Program-made: the position numbers and the translations under genes
Notes under the pieces: model-generated
What the model saw: the letters and a program-made list of their open reading frames with translations, nothing else
Told to the model about the DNA's origin: nothing
Databases searched by the model: none
Assembly (NCBI RefSeq): GCF_018350175.1
Contig: NC_058373.1
Span: forward strand, 113,958,001-114,022,000
Source of the DNA: Felis catus
Taxonomy: Eukaryota
DNA length: 64,000 nt
Reading direction: 5' to 3'
Shown here: positions 12,564-26,038 of the stretch, in pieces
Position numbering within the stretch: position 1 is the first letter of the stretch
Layout of the letters: every line of letters begins with the position of its first letter

Positions 12564-13659
12564 AATGACTGTTTTTAAAGGCTCAAAGTTCTGATACATG
12601 TGTATGCCTTTTCCCCCTCATCTCTTGCAAATAGATAATTGTTTACGTCCAGAGAAAATTCAGGAAAAAAAGCCTTTTTTATTTCCAGGAAATCTGGCCA
12701 CTGTGTTCTGTAGCCAGTAATAAATGACAATGCCACCAACAGTGACCTAGGACATCCTGAATTCTTGCTCTGATGAAGAGCTTGCATTCTCTTTTCAAAG
12801 GGTATCCTGTTCCTATTGCAATCCTCATGCTATCTCAGAGCTCAAGATCATCTTACCCCCCTCTGTAACCATACTTAAAATAGCACCAGGCTGTTTAGAA
12901 GACTCTACACATAGTCGTTGATGTCATGGGGACAGGGGTGCAAGGGTAGGATGAAAAAAGAAGGAAATAGATATTGGCCCCAAACATATCAGAATTCAGC
13001 AAAGCAACCCATTGAAACTCAGCTGTTATTTTAACTTGTGTTGTGTCAATCAAATATTATTTTGTCCATTTGTGGGGTTAACTGAGTGCTGTTCATCCAC
13101 AAAAGCCCCACTCCATATAGACAGTAGCCCCGTAGAGGAGAAATGTGTTTAAAAAAACACAAGCGCTGGTGAACGGTGTTGTACCCAAGGGTAAGGTATA
13201 CACAGAGCAGCTCCTTCTGATCAGGAAGACTGAGTCACTTAGTCAGTACTGGCACTACCGAAATGAGTGGGAAGAGCAGAATGCAGTTCCCTGGAGCTTC
13301 TAAGTTGCTTGGTAGCCCCGCAAGTTTAAAGCAGAATGTAGAACCAATCCATCATTCTGCTTTTCTACTGTCTTCCCGTTTAAAACACATTGCATACTAA
13401 AGTCTAATGAAGACTCTTGCTTTACCTTTGTCCCATCCAGCCATCAAGGCAAAGTTGATGGGAAAGTTAAGTTTTCAGAGACAATGCAGACCCTTCAGTC
13501 TTAAACCTGTTGTCATCTGACAGTGGCTGGGTTAACAGGTACACCTCTTTTTCTCCTGAACTAAGGCAGTTGGACTTTCAGGAAAAAAAAAAAAAGGAAG
13601 AAACAGCTCAACCCTAGAAACCACTTCAATAGTTCTCAAAGCCCAATAGCTCTCTCAGT

Positions 13660-13743
13660 GGACTAAAAATCATTGAGTCAGATACTTACAGGGAGTGAAT
13701 TTATATTATGTAAGTTATACCCCAGTACGTCTATAAAAAAAAA
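13660..13743 (+). mobile_element. Old L1M 3'-end fragment
   Basis: actaaaaatcattgag..tacttac..gtgaatttatattatgtaagttataccccagta followed by an A tail. Confidence 0.55.
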
Positions 13744-16569
13744 TTAACGTCGATGACTCAACAACAGGGAAAACATCTTATCTTTTTCATTTTGCCCTCC
13801 TGGGTCTACCCTACTAACAGCGTGGCTATCCATTCCTTCCAGTTCTTTCCATGATGTAAAGATTTTGCCAGCAGAATCCTCAAGCTTTTACGGTTTCTCT
13901 CTTTCACTGTCTTACTCTGTTTGATTCACTTGGCAATGTCAGAGCTTTTCTATCTGAAGAATCAGTGGAAGATAAAATATTGCTAAGAAGAATTTGGATA
14001 GTAGTGAAAATATTAGGAAAGAAATGGAGGGAGGGGCCATTATTAACAAATCAGCCTAGTTATAAATATTAAGCTTGGAAGAGAAGGATTAAGCCATTTG
14101 GGTTATCTATGCAAAATACCTTTGTTTTGCTAACCACAGAAAAAAGTCCTTGCTTGGGGTGTCTTGAGGAGTCAGAACCTGAGGTGGTTCCAACTCAGTG
14201 ATGCTGATTTCCGGTGGTGTGCATCAGTCGCCAAACGGCTCTGTTTCAAAGTTTAGAGGGAAAGGGAATGATAGAAGTTTTGAGGTCTTTGCTGGTTTCT
14301 TATTCAAAACATGACTTCAGTTCTAAGCAGCCTATTACAATTGTGATTGCTTATACCTGATGAATTCTAATCTTCTGTATGGGAACCACACTGCATGTGT
14401 ATGGGGCTTTCCCATCTGCCTCCTTTGTGAGTGTCTTCTTCTTTCAGTGCCTCCAAACTTGGGCCCCAAAGAGGGGTACAGCAGCTGAATGTCATGCTCT
14501 TGGGCCTTGGTCCAGACATGCATCTTTCTGGAAGGATGACTGAATCCCATTCTTAAGTCTGAAGTTCCTCTTGATTAGCGGCTCCTTTTGTTTGTTGTTT
14601 TTAACGGCATCTCTGTCTTTCGTGGGTAGCTTACAGGGATGTGTTTGAGAGCTCCTTCCAGCTGGGAAGTTGCCCAACTCCCACCAGCTGAGTTGGGGGA
14701 TTGCTTCCCTTTAGTTCCGCTGCTGCCTGTGGACGACAAGCACTGTGCTTCCAGCCCTGGCCACAGTGGCCCTTGTCTGCTGTGCAAACTTGGCTCTGTT
14801 CTCCGGGTTTTTATTCTCCAGCCATCTGGGCATTTTGAGCACCCCTCTTATCTTAGTACCTTGGCACTCAGGACCACATGTCGTCCTATCATAGAGATGG
14901 GAACAAAGGAATCCTTCACTTTTGGCCTACAATTCCCCTAGAACCATCATAGGTTGGGTGACAGTCAAGGAGATTGTCAGGTGGGGATAGGTCTGGAGTG
15001 ATGTAAATGGTTTTGCTGATAGAAGGCATACATGTGACAATAGCTAGGACTGTTCAGGACCAGGATTCATAGCTACTGGCTTCCTTCTTTTTCTGTTGGC
15101 TATTCTGAAGTCAGGGAGCAAGAAGCATAAAGACCCTTGTGGTCTCTGATTACTGTAGCCTTTCCATGCCAGGCAGCTTAAGCTTAGGAGCTAACAAGTG
15201 CTTGTGCCAGAGGAGTGAATCACAAGCTTCTAAAATTCCTCCTCCACATCCTCAACTGCTGATGTGGGGAGGGTTTGATCGGAGTCATTCACTCTTCAGA
15301 GAAGTGTCTGGAAAGATTAGTCCAAGAGTGCTGACAGCAAGTTCCCTGTAATCATTCTGCCTAGAAAAAAAGAAACATTTGCTCAAAGGACATTTCACTG
15401 CCCCGTTTACTGCTACTCCACTATGTCCTCTCTTATCCCCACCCCAGCCCTCTGACCCCTGTGTACTCCTTCAGACCCCTCGCCCTGTTCAGACCTCTCT
15501 TGGAGGTGGTCATAGAGGCACGGGCCAGCCAAAGAAAATGCGGCCAAATGGTGTTAAGTCACTTCCGTTTAGACCTTAGTAGTTGGGTGTGGCTGCAGCT
15601 TCTTGAAAGGCAGACCTAAAATGCTTGCCTCTTTTCAGAGAATCTGATTTCATATTTGGCTGCTGACCACATGGTTACTGGCATTCATTCATATATTGGA
15701 AGCCCAAAGCTTCCACATGCTTGATTCTACAGAGCAGTGTAATATTAACAAGACATGTCTTGATTATGGAGCCAAAAAGGTGATGCAACCTCACTTCACA
15801 CCAAAGTGGGTGGGTATATTTATTTATGTTTTAATGGTTGAGGCAGCAGAGACACAGGAAGGGTTGGAAATTCATTCAGGATCAGCCAGTGTGTCCCAGT
15901 TTTGATCTTTTGGTCTCTATGACAGGCGATGGTGATCACTTTCCTGTAGAGCACACAACCATTGTAACTGGAACCATAGGTTCTAAATATGGCTCCCTTT
16001 CCCCACCTATTAGCACCACCATCCAGCTGCCAGAACCCACTTGGTTTTCTGTAGAACACCAGCTAAAGACACTTTGTGTTGCCCCAGAAGGCCTTTTAAT
16101 CTTTGTCTCATTTTAGGTGTGCATCTCAACCAAGAAGATAACTCTTGATATGCAAAATTAACTCTCTCTGGTTTTCACACTTTCTTCCCATGAATTGTCC
16201 TCTGTCTGGCAAAACTCAGAAGAGACAACGGAGTATAGACCGATCATTGCTCTCAATGCACGTGAATGATGCACTGACCTTTTATGTCTTGGTAAATGAG
16301 TGCAGAAGAAATGCATATTCTATGACACAAGCTGGCTCTACCACGTGGTGTAAAGTACATGACCATTTTATTTCACATTAGGAAGAGAAACTTGGAGCAG
16401 CTTGGCAGCAGATCTGTGGTCAGGTAATTAATCTAAAAACTATAGCTATCTTCCACATAGGAGATTAAATACCCATCTTTGGTCAGATCAAAGCGAGCCT
16501 CTTAGACTATCTGATCTTTGCAAAAGGCCCCAAGTTGGGCCAGCACCACAGTCTCTACAAGCATTACTC

Positions 16570-16571
<2 letters not shown>

Positions 16572-16605
<34 letters not shown>
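16572..16605. repeat. (TG)17 microsatellite
   Basis: Direct read. Confidence 0.95.
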
Positions 16606-16609
<4 letters not shown>

Positions 16610-16818
16610 AATGTTTATTTTTGAAGGAGAGAGAGACAGAGTGTGTGTGTGTGGGGGGGGGGGGGGGTTCAGAGAGAGAGGGAGACACAGAATCTGAAGC
16701 AAGCTCCAGGCTCTGAGCTGTCAGCACAGAGCCCGACGCGGGGCTCGAACCCACAAACCACGAGATCATGACCTGAGCCGAAGTCAGTCGTTCAACTGAC
16801 TGAGCTACCCAGACGCCC
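16610..16818 (-). mobile_element. Can-SINE (SINEC_Fc type) with internal G15 run
   Basis: Antisense body with CpGs retained (gagcccgacgcggggctcgaac), ending ctgagctacccagacgccc. Confidence 0.95.
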
Positions 16819-16826
16819 TGTGTGTG

Positions 16827-16874
<48 letters not shown>
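16819..16874. repeat. (TG)28 microsatellite with one CG interruption
   Basis: Direct read. Confidence 0.95.
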
Positions 16875-16878
<4 letters not shown>

Positions 16879-17907
16879 AAAGACCATTTTAGTGTGTTTA
16901 AATAATTTGGTCTGTCTGCTTTTGTAGCTCTTTAGACCCAAAGTAAAACTTTGGTTTTATTTATACAGACTTTATATCAATTTTCTCCTACTAAAACAAG
17001 TCACTGTCTCCTGGAGTTTGAAGAAAAGTGAATATTTACTGGGACTTTTCTGAATGAGAACAGCAGCATTGCTCTTTGGAGAACACTACAATAAATAACA
17101 TCTTCAACTAATAGGACATTTTCTTTAGGGCATTAATGAATAGAGTTTATATAATTTCTCATTCACTTTCTTTCTATCTCGCTGAGACAGCTTAGATACT
17201 GGTGCAATTGTAAAATGAAAAGAACCAAAATATAAATGCCTTACAAGAAAGAATGCAGACATTTGTTTGATCTTTATTGCCAAGGTGCTGCCTAGAGCTT
17301 GTGTGTTTTGTGAGTTCTGCATTTCACCTACCCATGGGGGTCTGAGCAGTGTATGATTCGGGCCAGGATGCAACAAGCCCATGGTCAGGTTGGACTGGAC
17401 AAATTACCATATGTCATATGTACCAACCTGGCACTAATTATGTGCTGGTCAAGGAAGTGTTTTTCAGATCATGGGGAGCCACTAGTGAAAATCCATTGGT
17501 GCTTTGATGGTGGCCTTTGTAGATACATCTATAATTTGAAACCATTCCTATGGCAGGCCCTTGGAGAGGTCTGACTTTAGCCAACATGCAACATTAGGCA
17601 GAAGAAAAGGAGGCCTTTCTAGCTGATTTGACCCGTGGGTGGGCCCTCTTCCACATGTTTCTAATTAGGGATGCAAGAGAGAGTAGATATTCCATGGCGA
17701 CTCTCCTTTCCTTCTCGGCTATGAGATAGAACAACAGCGCCTTTGTGGTGACCTCTGCAGAGCTGTTTACATTTGGTGACCTGACTGGCCACTTCGGCCA
17801 GCGTGGATGCACCTCCTGGCTAACAAGGAACAGCCACGCTGTTAGTAGGGTAGACCCTGGAGGGCAAAATGAAAAATAAGATATTTTCCCTGTTGTTGAG
17901 TCATTGA

Positions 17908-18032
17908 AGTTAATTTTTTTACAGATGTGTTGGGGTGTGATTTACATAATATACATCCACTTACTGTGAATTCAGTTGATGATTTTTAGTCAATTTAGAG
18001 AGCTAGATCACCATCACCATATTCCAGTTTTT
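17908..18032 (-). mobile_element. Old L1M 3'-end fragment
   Basis: ggtgtgatttacataat..aattcagttgatgatttttagtcaatttagagag..ccatcaccat..tccagtttt. Confidence 0.6.
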
Positions 18033-20241
18033 ACAACTTTAACTGGACTTAGTTTGAAAATACAAAATAATCATAATTGGAATGCAGGTCATGCTCAAGT
18101 GCAAAATAAATTTTTGAGGCTCTCTTTGGCTAGGGAAGAGGGCCACCCAACAAGTCCTTTGAAACAACGAAGTCTTGGGTTTCTCAAAGTACATGAAGAC
18201 TTGAGAATAGCATTTGTATTTAGGAAGATTTTCCATATTTTTGCTCATCGAATAGTATGACTTATTTGAATGAACAGAGAAACTGTTTGCTCTAGAACCT
18301 ACCTTATATCAACATCAATGAGTCCTTCTTGATTATAAGGAGAAGGTGCAGAAGATGGGAATGTATGGATCCTTCCCTCAAAGAGCTTATAGCCCGCTTT
18401 GAACATCTCATCAAAGATTTATTTACATGGCCTCTCATTTTCAGATTTTATATTAGGCACTGCAGACACACAGATGAGTGAAACAAGGGCCCTGCCTTAG
18501 AGTTTAGAGTCCAGTGGCTCCCAGGTAATATGATAGTTTCAATATGATGTCATAAGTTCTGTGATAGAAGTACTGTGTAGTATAAGAAAGGTCATCAAAG
18601 CAAAGATTTCCTGTCTCTAGATGTTACTAAGAAATCAAAGACATGGTTAATAATGTGTCAATCCTGCTGACACAGATTGAGTACCTGTCCTTTGCTCCAT
18701 TTGAACGAGATTCTATGAGATCTGGTCCCTGCCTGCACCGGGCTTTTGAAATTGGTGGGGGTATCTAGTCTTCGTTACTTCCAATTATATGTAGTAACTG
18801 CATACAAGAAGAAAAAGAAAAATACACCAGGACTTTGGAAGCAAAAGAAAGACCCATTTCAAGGAGTCTTTTTAGAAGAAGTAGCCCCCAGTCTACTTCC
18901 AAAGCTCAAAAAGCTCAAAAGCTGAACTTTGACAAATAGGCAGGATTTCAGCAGTCAAGGCCAGCCTTTGGGAAGTGGTTCAGAAGAAAGATGTGAGCAA
19001 AGAAAGGCTCAGGGACGGGGAAGCTTGGGATGTGTTCTGAGAACAGTGAGTAATCCAAGATGGATTGATACACATGTCACATGGTATAAACTATTTCTGT
19101 GTGTCTATGTCAAAACCGGGAGATCAAGTGAATCACAAACTCTGACTTCCCTTGACGGTATCAAGGAAGGCTTCCCAGAGAAGCAGTTCATTTCACTCTG
19201 TCCCTTATGTGCACGTTATGCCAAGATGATATGATTAGTTTCCTTCTTCAGTTTCTTCTTTTATGATTCACCATGAAGCCACCACCCACTGGGCCACCAT
19301 CAAAGCACCAATGGATTTTCACTACTGGTTCCCTATGACTTAAAAAGTACTTCCTTGACCAGCACATTTTTTGTGCCAGGTTGTTGAGCTGGAAACAGTT
19401 TCATTTATTTGACCAGGTCAACCTGGCCAAAGGCCTGTTGTACCCTGGCTCAGAAGTTTAATATAATACTTTCAAGATGATTAAAAAAACAACTCCTTGA
19501 AACATTGGCTGCTAACCTTTGAAGGGGTAATTGCTGTACCTGAGTAGACTCAGGAAGTGGATTGGAGGTTTGAGAAGAAAAAGAGTGGTACCATTTGCTT
19601 AAAATTCCCAGGACTCCACAGGGTAAACCTATCTCTAAATTTAGGTTGCTAAGGACCTTGAACCTGGGGTTGTTTGGGGATATTTTGGAAAGTAAGGAAT
19701 ATTGTTGGCGTTCAATCAGGAAGGAAAGAACTCACTTGGTTTTGATATAACCAAGGAAGAGGGAGTTTTGCATTTGTTTGTTTGCATGGGCGGTCCACCT
19801 ACTGTGTGGCCTTGTTCACAACATGGCCAACCTCTCTCTCTCTGAGGTCACTGTGAATAGCCAGTCTGCAGCTGTGGCTAGAGACAATGGCCAGCACTGC
19901 TGGGCTTTGCCCTTTAGGCCCCAAAGGTTAATTTCATAGTAGTTTGTGGCATTGAACCTGCCACAAAAGCTGCTTCATTTGGGGAAATATAATTTCTGTA
20001 CATGTATTTTTTTTTCATAAAGAATAAAGAGGAGAGATTTTTGGAAGGACATCACGTAATCTTATTGGCCTTGCTAGACAAGCTTAAAAAGCAAGAGGTC
20101 AGTGCTCTTACAAGCGTCATGTCTCAAATGTCTGTCTACCAACAATTGCTTACATGCCATCAGAGGGGAAGTCCCCTCCCATTGTTATTTTTTTGCTCTA
20201 GACTGAGATATTTAAAAAAAAAATCCCTGAGTGGGGAAATG

Positions 20242-20245
<4 letters not shown>

Positions 20246-20287
<42 letters not shown>
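20246..20287. repeat. (TA)21 microsatellite
   Basis: Direct read. Confidence 0.95.
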
Positions 20288-20288
<1 letters not shown>

Positions 20289-20477
20289 TGTATTATATAT
20301 TATACATATATATACTATAAATTTAATACTGTATTTGCTGAGAAGTAAAAAGCCCTATAAACTGTGGGACTTTTTTTTCTTTTCTGGTATTTTCCAGTGC
20401 AGTACTAATTACGAATGGCAGATGACTTTGCTTTGCTACTCTGCAGGTTAGAAAGGGTAGCTTCTTGGCCACTGATG

Positions 20478-20670
20478 AAGGTTGCCAGATAAAATGTAGG
20501 ATGGTCAGTTAAATTTGCATTTTGAATAAACAACAAATAATTTTTTAGTATAAGTATATTGTGCATATTGTACTGGGACCAATTTACACTAAAAAAAGAT
20601 TCATTATTTATCAGAAATTTAAATTTAACTGGGCATCCTGTAGTTTTAGTTACCAAATCTGGGGACCCTA
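20478..20670. mobile_element. hAT-type MITE, MER53-like
   Basis: About 193 bp with inverted ends aaggttgccagat / atctggggaccct and internal inverted cagttaaatttg / aaatttaactg. Confidence 0.85.
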
Positions 20671-21142
20671 ACTTACTTCTAAATAAAAAAGGCTGCCCGA
20701 CGACTCTAACTTACTTCTATAATAAAAAAGACTAACCAAGAAGCCTGGGATTTTTTAGGATGACTGAAGGTCACTATCAGTTTTGAACCCAAACAGAACA
20801 ATCTATGAGATAAAACTGAAAACAGAATCAGATCAGTCAGACAAAGGTGAAGGGGGTCTTTTCCCATTTCTTTGTCTATGTGTGGCTAGCCCTAAGGATC
20901 CCTTTCTGTTGGGAGTGACCCTCCTAGCTCTACTGTAGTTCAAAGGCATACTTTGTAAACCACCTGGATGACTTTGTTCTGGCTCTAATTCAGATGATTA
21001 GGTCAGAACTGGGGCTCCCTTTTAAATGTGAAATACTTGACCTCCTCAGGGTAGCTTTGGACCCTCTTGAATTCTTGCTTCTCTAAAATTCCTATCTGGC
21101 CTAGTGAAGTGGGCTCTGACTTGGCATGTGTCCAAGAATAAG

Positions 21143-21368
21143 AATAGCCATCATTTACTGAGTGCCTAATACGTACACTGCTTTGCCTTCATTACCTATA
21201 GGAGTTCATGTTGCCTAACAACCCTATGAGACAGGTACTGTTACAAATGAAGAAATGAAGGCCCAAAGAGATTAGGTAACATGCTACAGTTCACAGAGCC
21301 ATGGAAAGGGCTTGGGGTTGGCATTCAATTCTCTCTGACTCCTTTGCTACATCTCTGTGCTACCACAT
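21143..21368 (-). mobile_element. MIR SINE
   Basis: catttactgagtgcc..aacaaccctatgagacaggtact..acaaatgaagaaatgaaggcccaaagagattaggtaac. Confidence 0.8.
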
Positions 21369-22870
21369 GTGATACCCTTCGATCCCCACTCTTCCACTCC
21401 CTCCCAACCCCCCAGTTTGACTTGGTTTTGGTCATCCCTTTCTCTGCTTATTCCTTATGAGCTGGAAGTGATAGAGAACTTTCCATCTGAAATTGGCCCT
21501 AAGTAATCTTTGTTCATGTGTGTCATGCAGCATTGCAATAGACAACAGAAATTTGGGCACAGGGAGATGTTAACTCTGGATGTTTCCTATTTTATATGAA
21601 AATGATTAAACCAATGGGGGGAAAAAGCCCATGAACTTTATTACAACATTTAAAAATGTGTCATCATTTAAATATCTTTAAAGAGCCTGAAGAGACTTTC
21701 AAGCGTTAGACTGGAAATAGCTAACAGCTCCAAGATGAGCTTACATAGGAATCACATGATTTCTCCAAAATGGTCATCTGTCTAAATTCTGCAGTGCTGC
21801 TGTAGCACCCAGCCAACTGTTGTGACAAAGGCAGAGACCCTTTTTCCCCACCAGATCCACCCCTCCTGAGTTTCCTCTTGGTAAAGTAGTAGCAAAAATA
21901 TACTACCCGTCACCATTTTCCTTTTGAACCAACACTTGCTCCTGCTGGTCCACTCCTTATACAAAATGATTTGTCAGTGTTTTGTGCTCATCAAGTAAAA
22001 AGTTTTACTTGTTCCAGCTGTGAAAGTTCATGAAATTAGCCATTCCCTTCCCATCATCTGCTGCGGCCACAGTTGTTCAGTGTAAAATATCTCCATGGGT
22101 GTGGTCTACCAAACATCCCAATGGCATTTCTCAAATTGTGTGTGTTGGACCCAAGGGTCTGGAAGAATTTCTTTCATAGGGTCACACCAGAACACTGCCT
22201 CTGGTGAAATGTTATCCCACCCTCTCTCTCCTGACTTCCAACACGCCTCTTCTCTTCCTTCCCCCTGTCATTGTATAATAGGTCTTCTCCTTTCTTGTCC
22301 TCTGCTCTCTCTTCATCTGGCTCCACGTCCCCATCATGCTATGTTTCTCCTAATTCTTGTTTCCTTTCACCACCCACTCCTCAAAGTTTTGAAAATCAAG
22401 TCATTCTAGTTCTAAAAGGAAATTTAAAATTAAAAAATGGTAAACTAGGAAAATGGTAGAGGTGGGGGCACAATGTTAGAATCTTCCTCAGCCCTACACG
22501 TCAAGAAAAATAATCTTGTTCTCTTCTCCGAGAGGATGATAGCCCCAGCCACAACCCCCTCGTCACATTCCTCTGCCCTTTTGGAATCTCTCTCCCCACT
22601 TCTTGTCTAACTTAGTCAATACATATACTTGGTAAACTTGTAAATTTTTTATCTCCCTCCTTTTGGGTGATATAAATGCTGGTGCCAACAGGACTTTCAG
22701 GAACAATTCAGTAAGTGATAGTCTTAGAAGATCTCAGAAGAGACCCTGGGAAGACATTATTGATTAGACTCTGCCCTTGGTATTTCATTGCCTCTGAGAA
22801 CCTCAGCAAACAGAAGCATTTGGTCCATAATCTGTTCTTTCTTGGGAGCAAGAGAGGCAGCACAGGCGTA

Positions 22871-23032
22871 GACCTTGAACACATCACTTAAACTCTGTAT
22901 TTGTGTTTCTCCATCTGTGAAAAGGGCAGAATAATCATTCTGACTTTATAGCATTGCTTTGAGGATTTAATGAGTTAAAATTTATAAATCACTTAGAATA
23001 GTCCTTAGCATATAGTAAACATTATATTAAAT
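22871..23032 (+). mobile_element. MIR SINE
   Basis: gaccttgaacacatcacttaaactct..tttctccatctgtgaaaagggcagaataat..tgaggatttaatgagtt. Confidence 0.8.
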
Positions 23033-23833
23033 AAGTAAATATAATGAAGCAAAAAAAATCATAATGTCCTTCTTTTAATCCATGCTTAAATAACTATATT
23101 CAACTTCTGTATGACACCTTAAAGTTCCAGAATAAATCCAAGTGGCAGTTTACAAGGACTGCATGATAGCACATTCCATAGTTTCACTCAAGGACTTTGA
23201 CAGTCTGGTCTTAGTACACTTCTTCTCACCTGTGTTTTGGCCAGACTGCTTATTTCCCATTCCAACTCATTCAGATTTCCTTTCCCTCTCCTCCCCTCCC
23301 CTGCATACACTTGCCCTTGCTACCTTCACCTCACCTTGCTACCTTCACCTCATATTGGCTGTCAGTGTGTATGGCCCAAGTGTTACTGGGTATCCACTTA
23401 GGTGCAAAGCCTTTTTTCTCTCCTCAGTCATAAGCTTCTTTTGGAGGATGAGGGGCACATTTATGGCAGTTGTGTATTATTCTTCATGTCTTATGCATAA
23501 CTGAAACTCTATCAGTGTGTTTTGATTGGGTCACTTGAGCTTTTGCAAACTGGGAAATTGTTGGCCTAGAGCAAAGCGGACCCTAATAGAATCTTGTCTC
23601 TAGGCCTCGTGTATGTGTTCTTTTGAAAGCCCAGTGTCTCTCTGCTTTGTGTTAGGTTGATGGCAACCGCTAGTACAGGCCTGGGCAGACAAAGCCACTG
23701 TGAAATTTAGGGTGTGTGTGGGTTGGGGGGGTTAGTCCTGTGTTGGGATTCCAATGTGGGCTGAAAGGAGGTAGAAGGCTGCAGGCAGAAGGCTGAAGCC
23801 ATCAGCTTTGCACAATTACCAGGAACACTTTTA

Positions 23834-24054
23834 TTAAATTTTTTTTAATGTTTATTTTTTATTTATTTTGAAAGAGAGAGGGAGAGCATGAGCAGGGGAG
23901 GGGCAGAGAGAGCGGGAGAGAGAGAATCCCAAGCAGGCTCCATGCTGTCAGTACATAGCCTGACACAGGGCTCAAACCCACGAACAGTGAGATCGTGACC
24001 TGAGCCAAAATCAAGAGCTGGATGCTTAACTGACTTAGCCACCCAGGCGTCCCC
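23834..24054 (-). mobile_element. Can-SINE
   Basis: Antisense body; degenerate TSD aggaacactttta 23821-23833 / aagaactctttta 24055-24067. Confidence 0.95.
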
Positions 24055-26038
24055 AAGAACTCTTTTAACTAGCACCTTGAGGAAGGGTTAAAAAGGGACA
24101 GTTAAAATATACTTTTTATTATACAAAGGGCTGCCTCTGAAAATGTTCCAACTTTGTAGGCCTGGTGAGTAAAAGACTAAACACAGAGTCGGAAAAGGCA
24201 GAGGAGCACCACAGAAAGGGGCACAGGGTGAAGCAAGACAGAGCAACTGGCATATCCATTAGTGGCACTCTTTAAAATGAGGCAGGGGTGTGCTGTTATT
24301 CATATCCTAGGCAATTTTTGATGGGTGGATAAATAAAATTACGTGGGAAAAACTGTTTTGTAAAAGTAAATTCTGCCCCTCCAGCACAGTGGTATGTATG
24401 TGCACACATAACTTTTATTAATCTATTTACACAAACCCACGTGCCCATGTCACTCACTCTCACATGTTAGAGATACAATTGGCAAAGATAGTGAATTACT
24501 GTCTTTACTAAGTGTTTTTTCCCCCGCTCATAGGTAGTGTTTGATGTTTGGAGATATATGGTTTTAGTAACCTTGACCAGTAACCTTGACTGTGTGGATT
24601 TCAGAAGGGGAAGTAAGAACACAGAGAGGAAGACCATCTCTTGTGTCTCAGGGTTAGTGTTCCTAGCATCGCTCTGCCCAGAGGCTGTTCTTCCTCCAAG
24701 GAGAGCCCAGGGACAAGATGAGTCAGCCTTCCTGACCCAAAGACTGGAATACCCAGGGATACCATAGGATCTGGGAGTGGGAGCAGACAGAGGGTGAAAT
24801 GTTCAGTGAGACTGGCACTTGCTGAGGGGTTGGCCAGTCAGTCAGTCAGTCAGTCAGTCTGTGGTGGCTGAGCGTTACTGCCTGTGCAGCCAAGGACAGG
24901 GTCCCCTAGAGGCCCGAAGAGGTGGACACTCATTCATTTGTGTCTTCATTCTGCAGCAACCCTTTACTGAGTGTTATTATGTGCCAGATACTGGGCTAAG
25001 CCCCGACTTGTGACCTCACTGGGCCTGGAGTCTGAGGCCTTGGCAGCCAAGGGTGGCGTTCCTTAGAGTACTGGGAGGCCTGCGAGAGAGGAGGCACAGT
25101 AAAAGCAAAAAAGCCCTGGAGAAAGCTAGCCCTGCATCAGAGGAAGTGATGCACAAATGCCATGCACTCAGAGAGAGGAAGCAGGAGAAGAGACGTTTTT
25201 CTAAGAGTCCGAGCTTGACCTCTTCAACCATGACATTCAGATACTGGGAGAACATGCAGGAGTTTAGACCGTGCTGACCGGGACTTGCCATAGCGAGGCC
25301 TCAGAACCTGCAGAGACAGTCAGGAGCGGTAGGAAAAGAAGCTGAGAGAAGGAGCTAGCACAGGCACCTGCAAGCACCAGTGGCCAGAAGAGTTTACCAA
25401 CCTCCTAGAGGATCATAAATAAAACCACACCCACTATTGTGCATAGGAGAACTCATTTTATAAGTGCCCAACATATCAGCAAATTGTATGTAGTTTACTT
25501 ACAGTGCCATTTTGGTGGGTCTCAAATAATCTCGTTTTATGTTCTAAAGTCTACTCAGAGAGTGGTAGAATGGACCCTCTGAACCCAGGTAGATGGAATA
25601 AACTGTCTGCTCCCAATCTACATATCTGGGCAGGGAATACTCTTGATGAAATTTTCAGGCCTCATCTTCCAGACTCTCTGTTCATCCCCTGTTATCAGGG
25701 GCATCACAGAGTTTTTGTAGTAAATTGCAAAGCAGTTTGTCTTTCCCAATATATTATGTGCTTCTTCAGGGTAGGTATCCTACTCTGTTCATCTCTAGTG
25801 CTTGGCACAGAGCCTAGCACACAGCAAGCCCCAGAACCAGGACTGTCCGTTTTGGAGGTGCTGGTCTCCCACATTCCCAAGCCGACCCTGGGCTCACTTT
25901 GCACACGCTCCCTTCTGCACTTTCCTGCTTTGAAGTGGTATCTCCTAATGATGTAAAAGACTCTTTAAACTTTTTTCCTTGTGTATCGCGTAAATAATAT
26001 ATTTAAGATACAGACTTCTGTGTTTCATGCTACAGATT

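Noticed and set aside
20002..20451. 149-aa ORF
   Set aside because: Kept open by the (TA)21 repeat (IYIYIY); no coding character
25504..25956. Longest ORF (150 aa)
   Set aside because: GTG start, overlaps an L2-like 3' relic (cttggcacagagcctagcacacag), no recognisable domain
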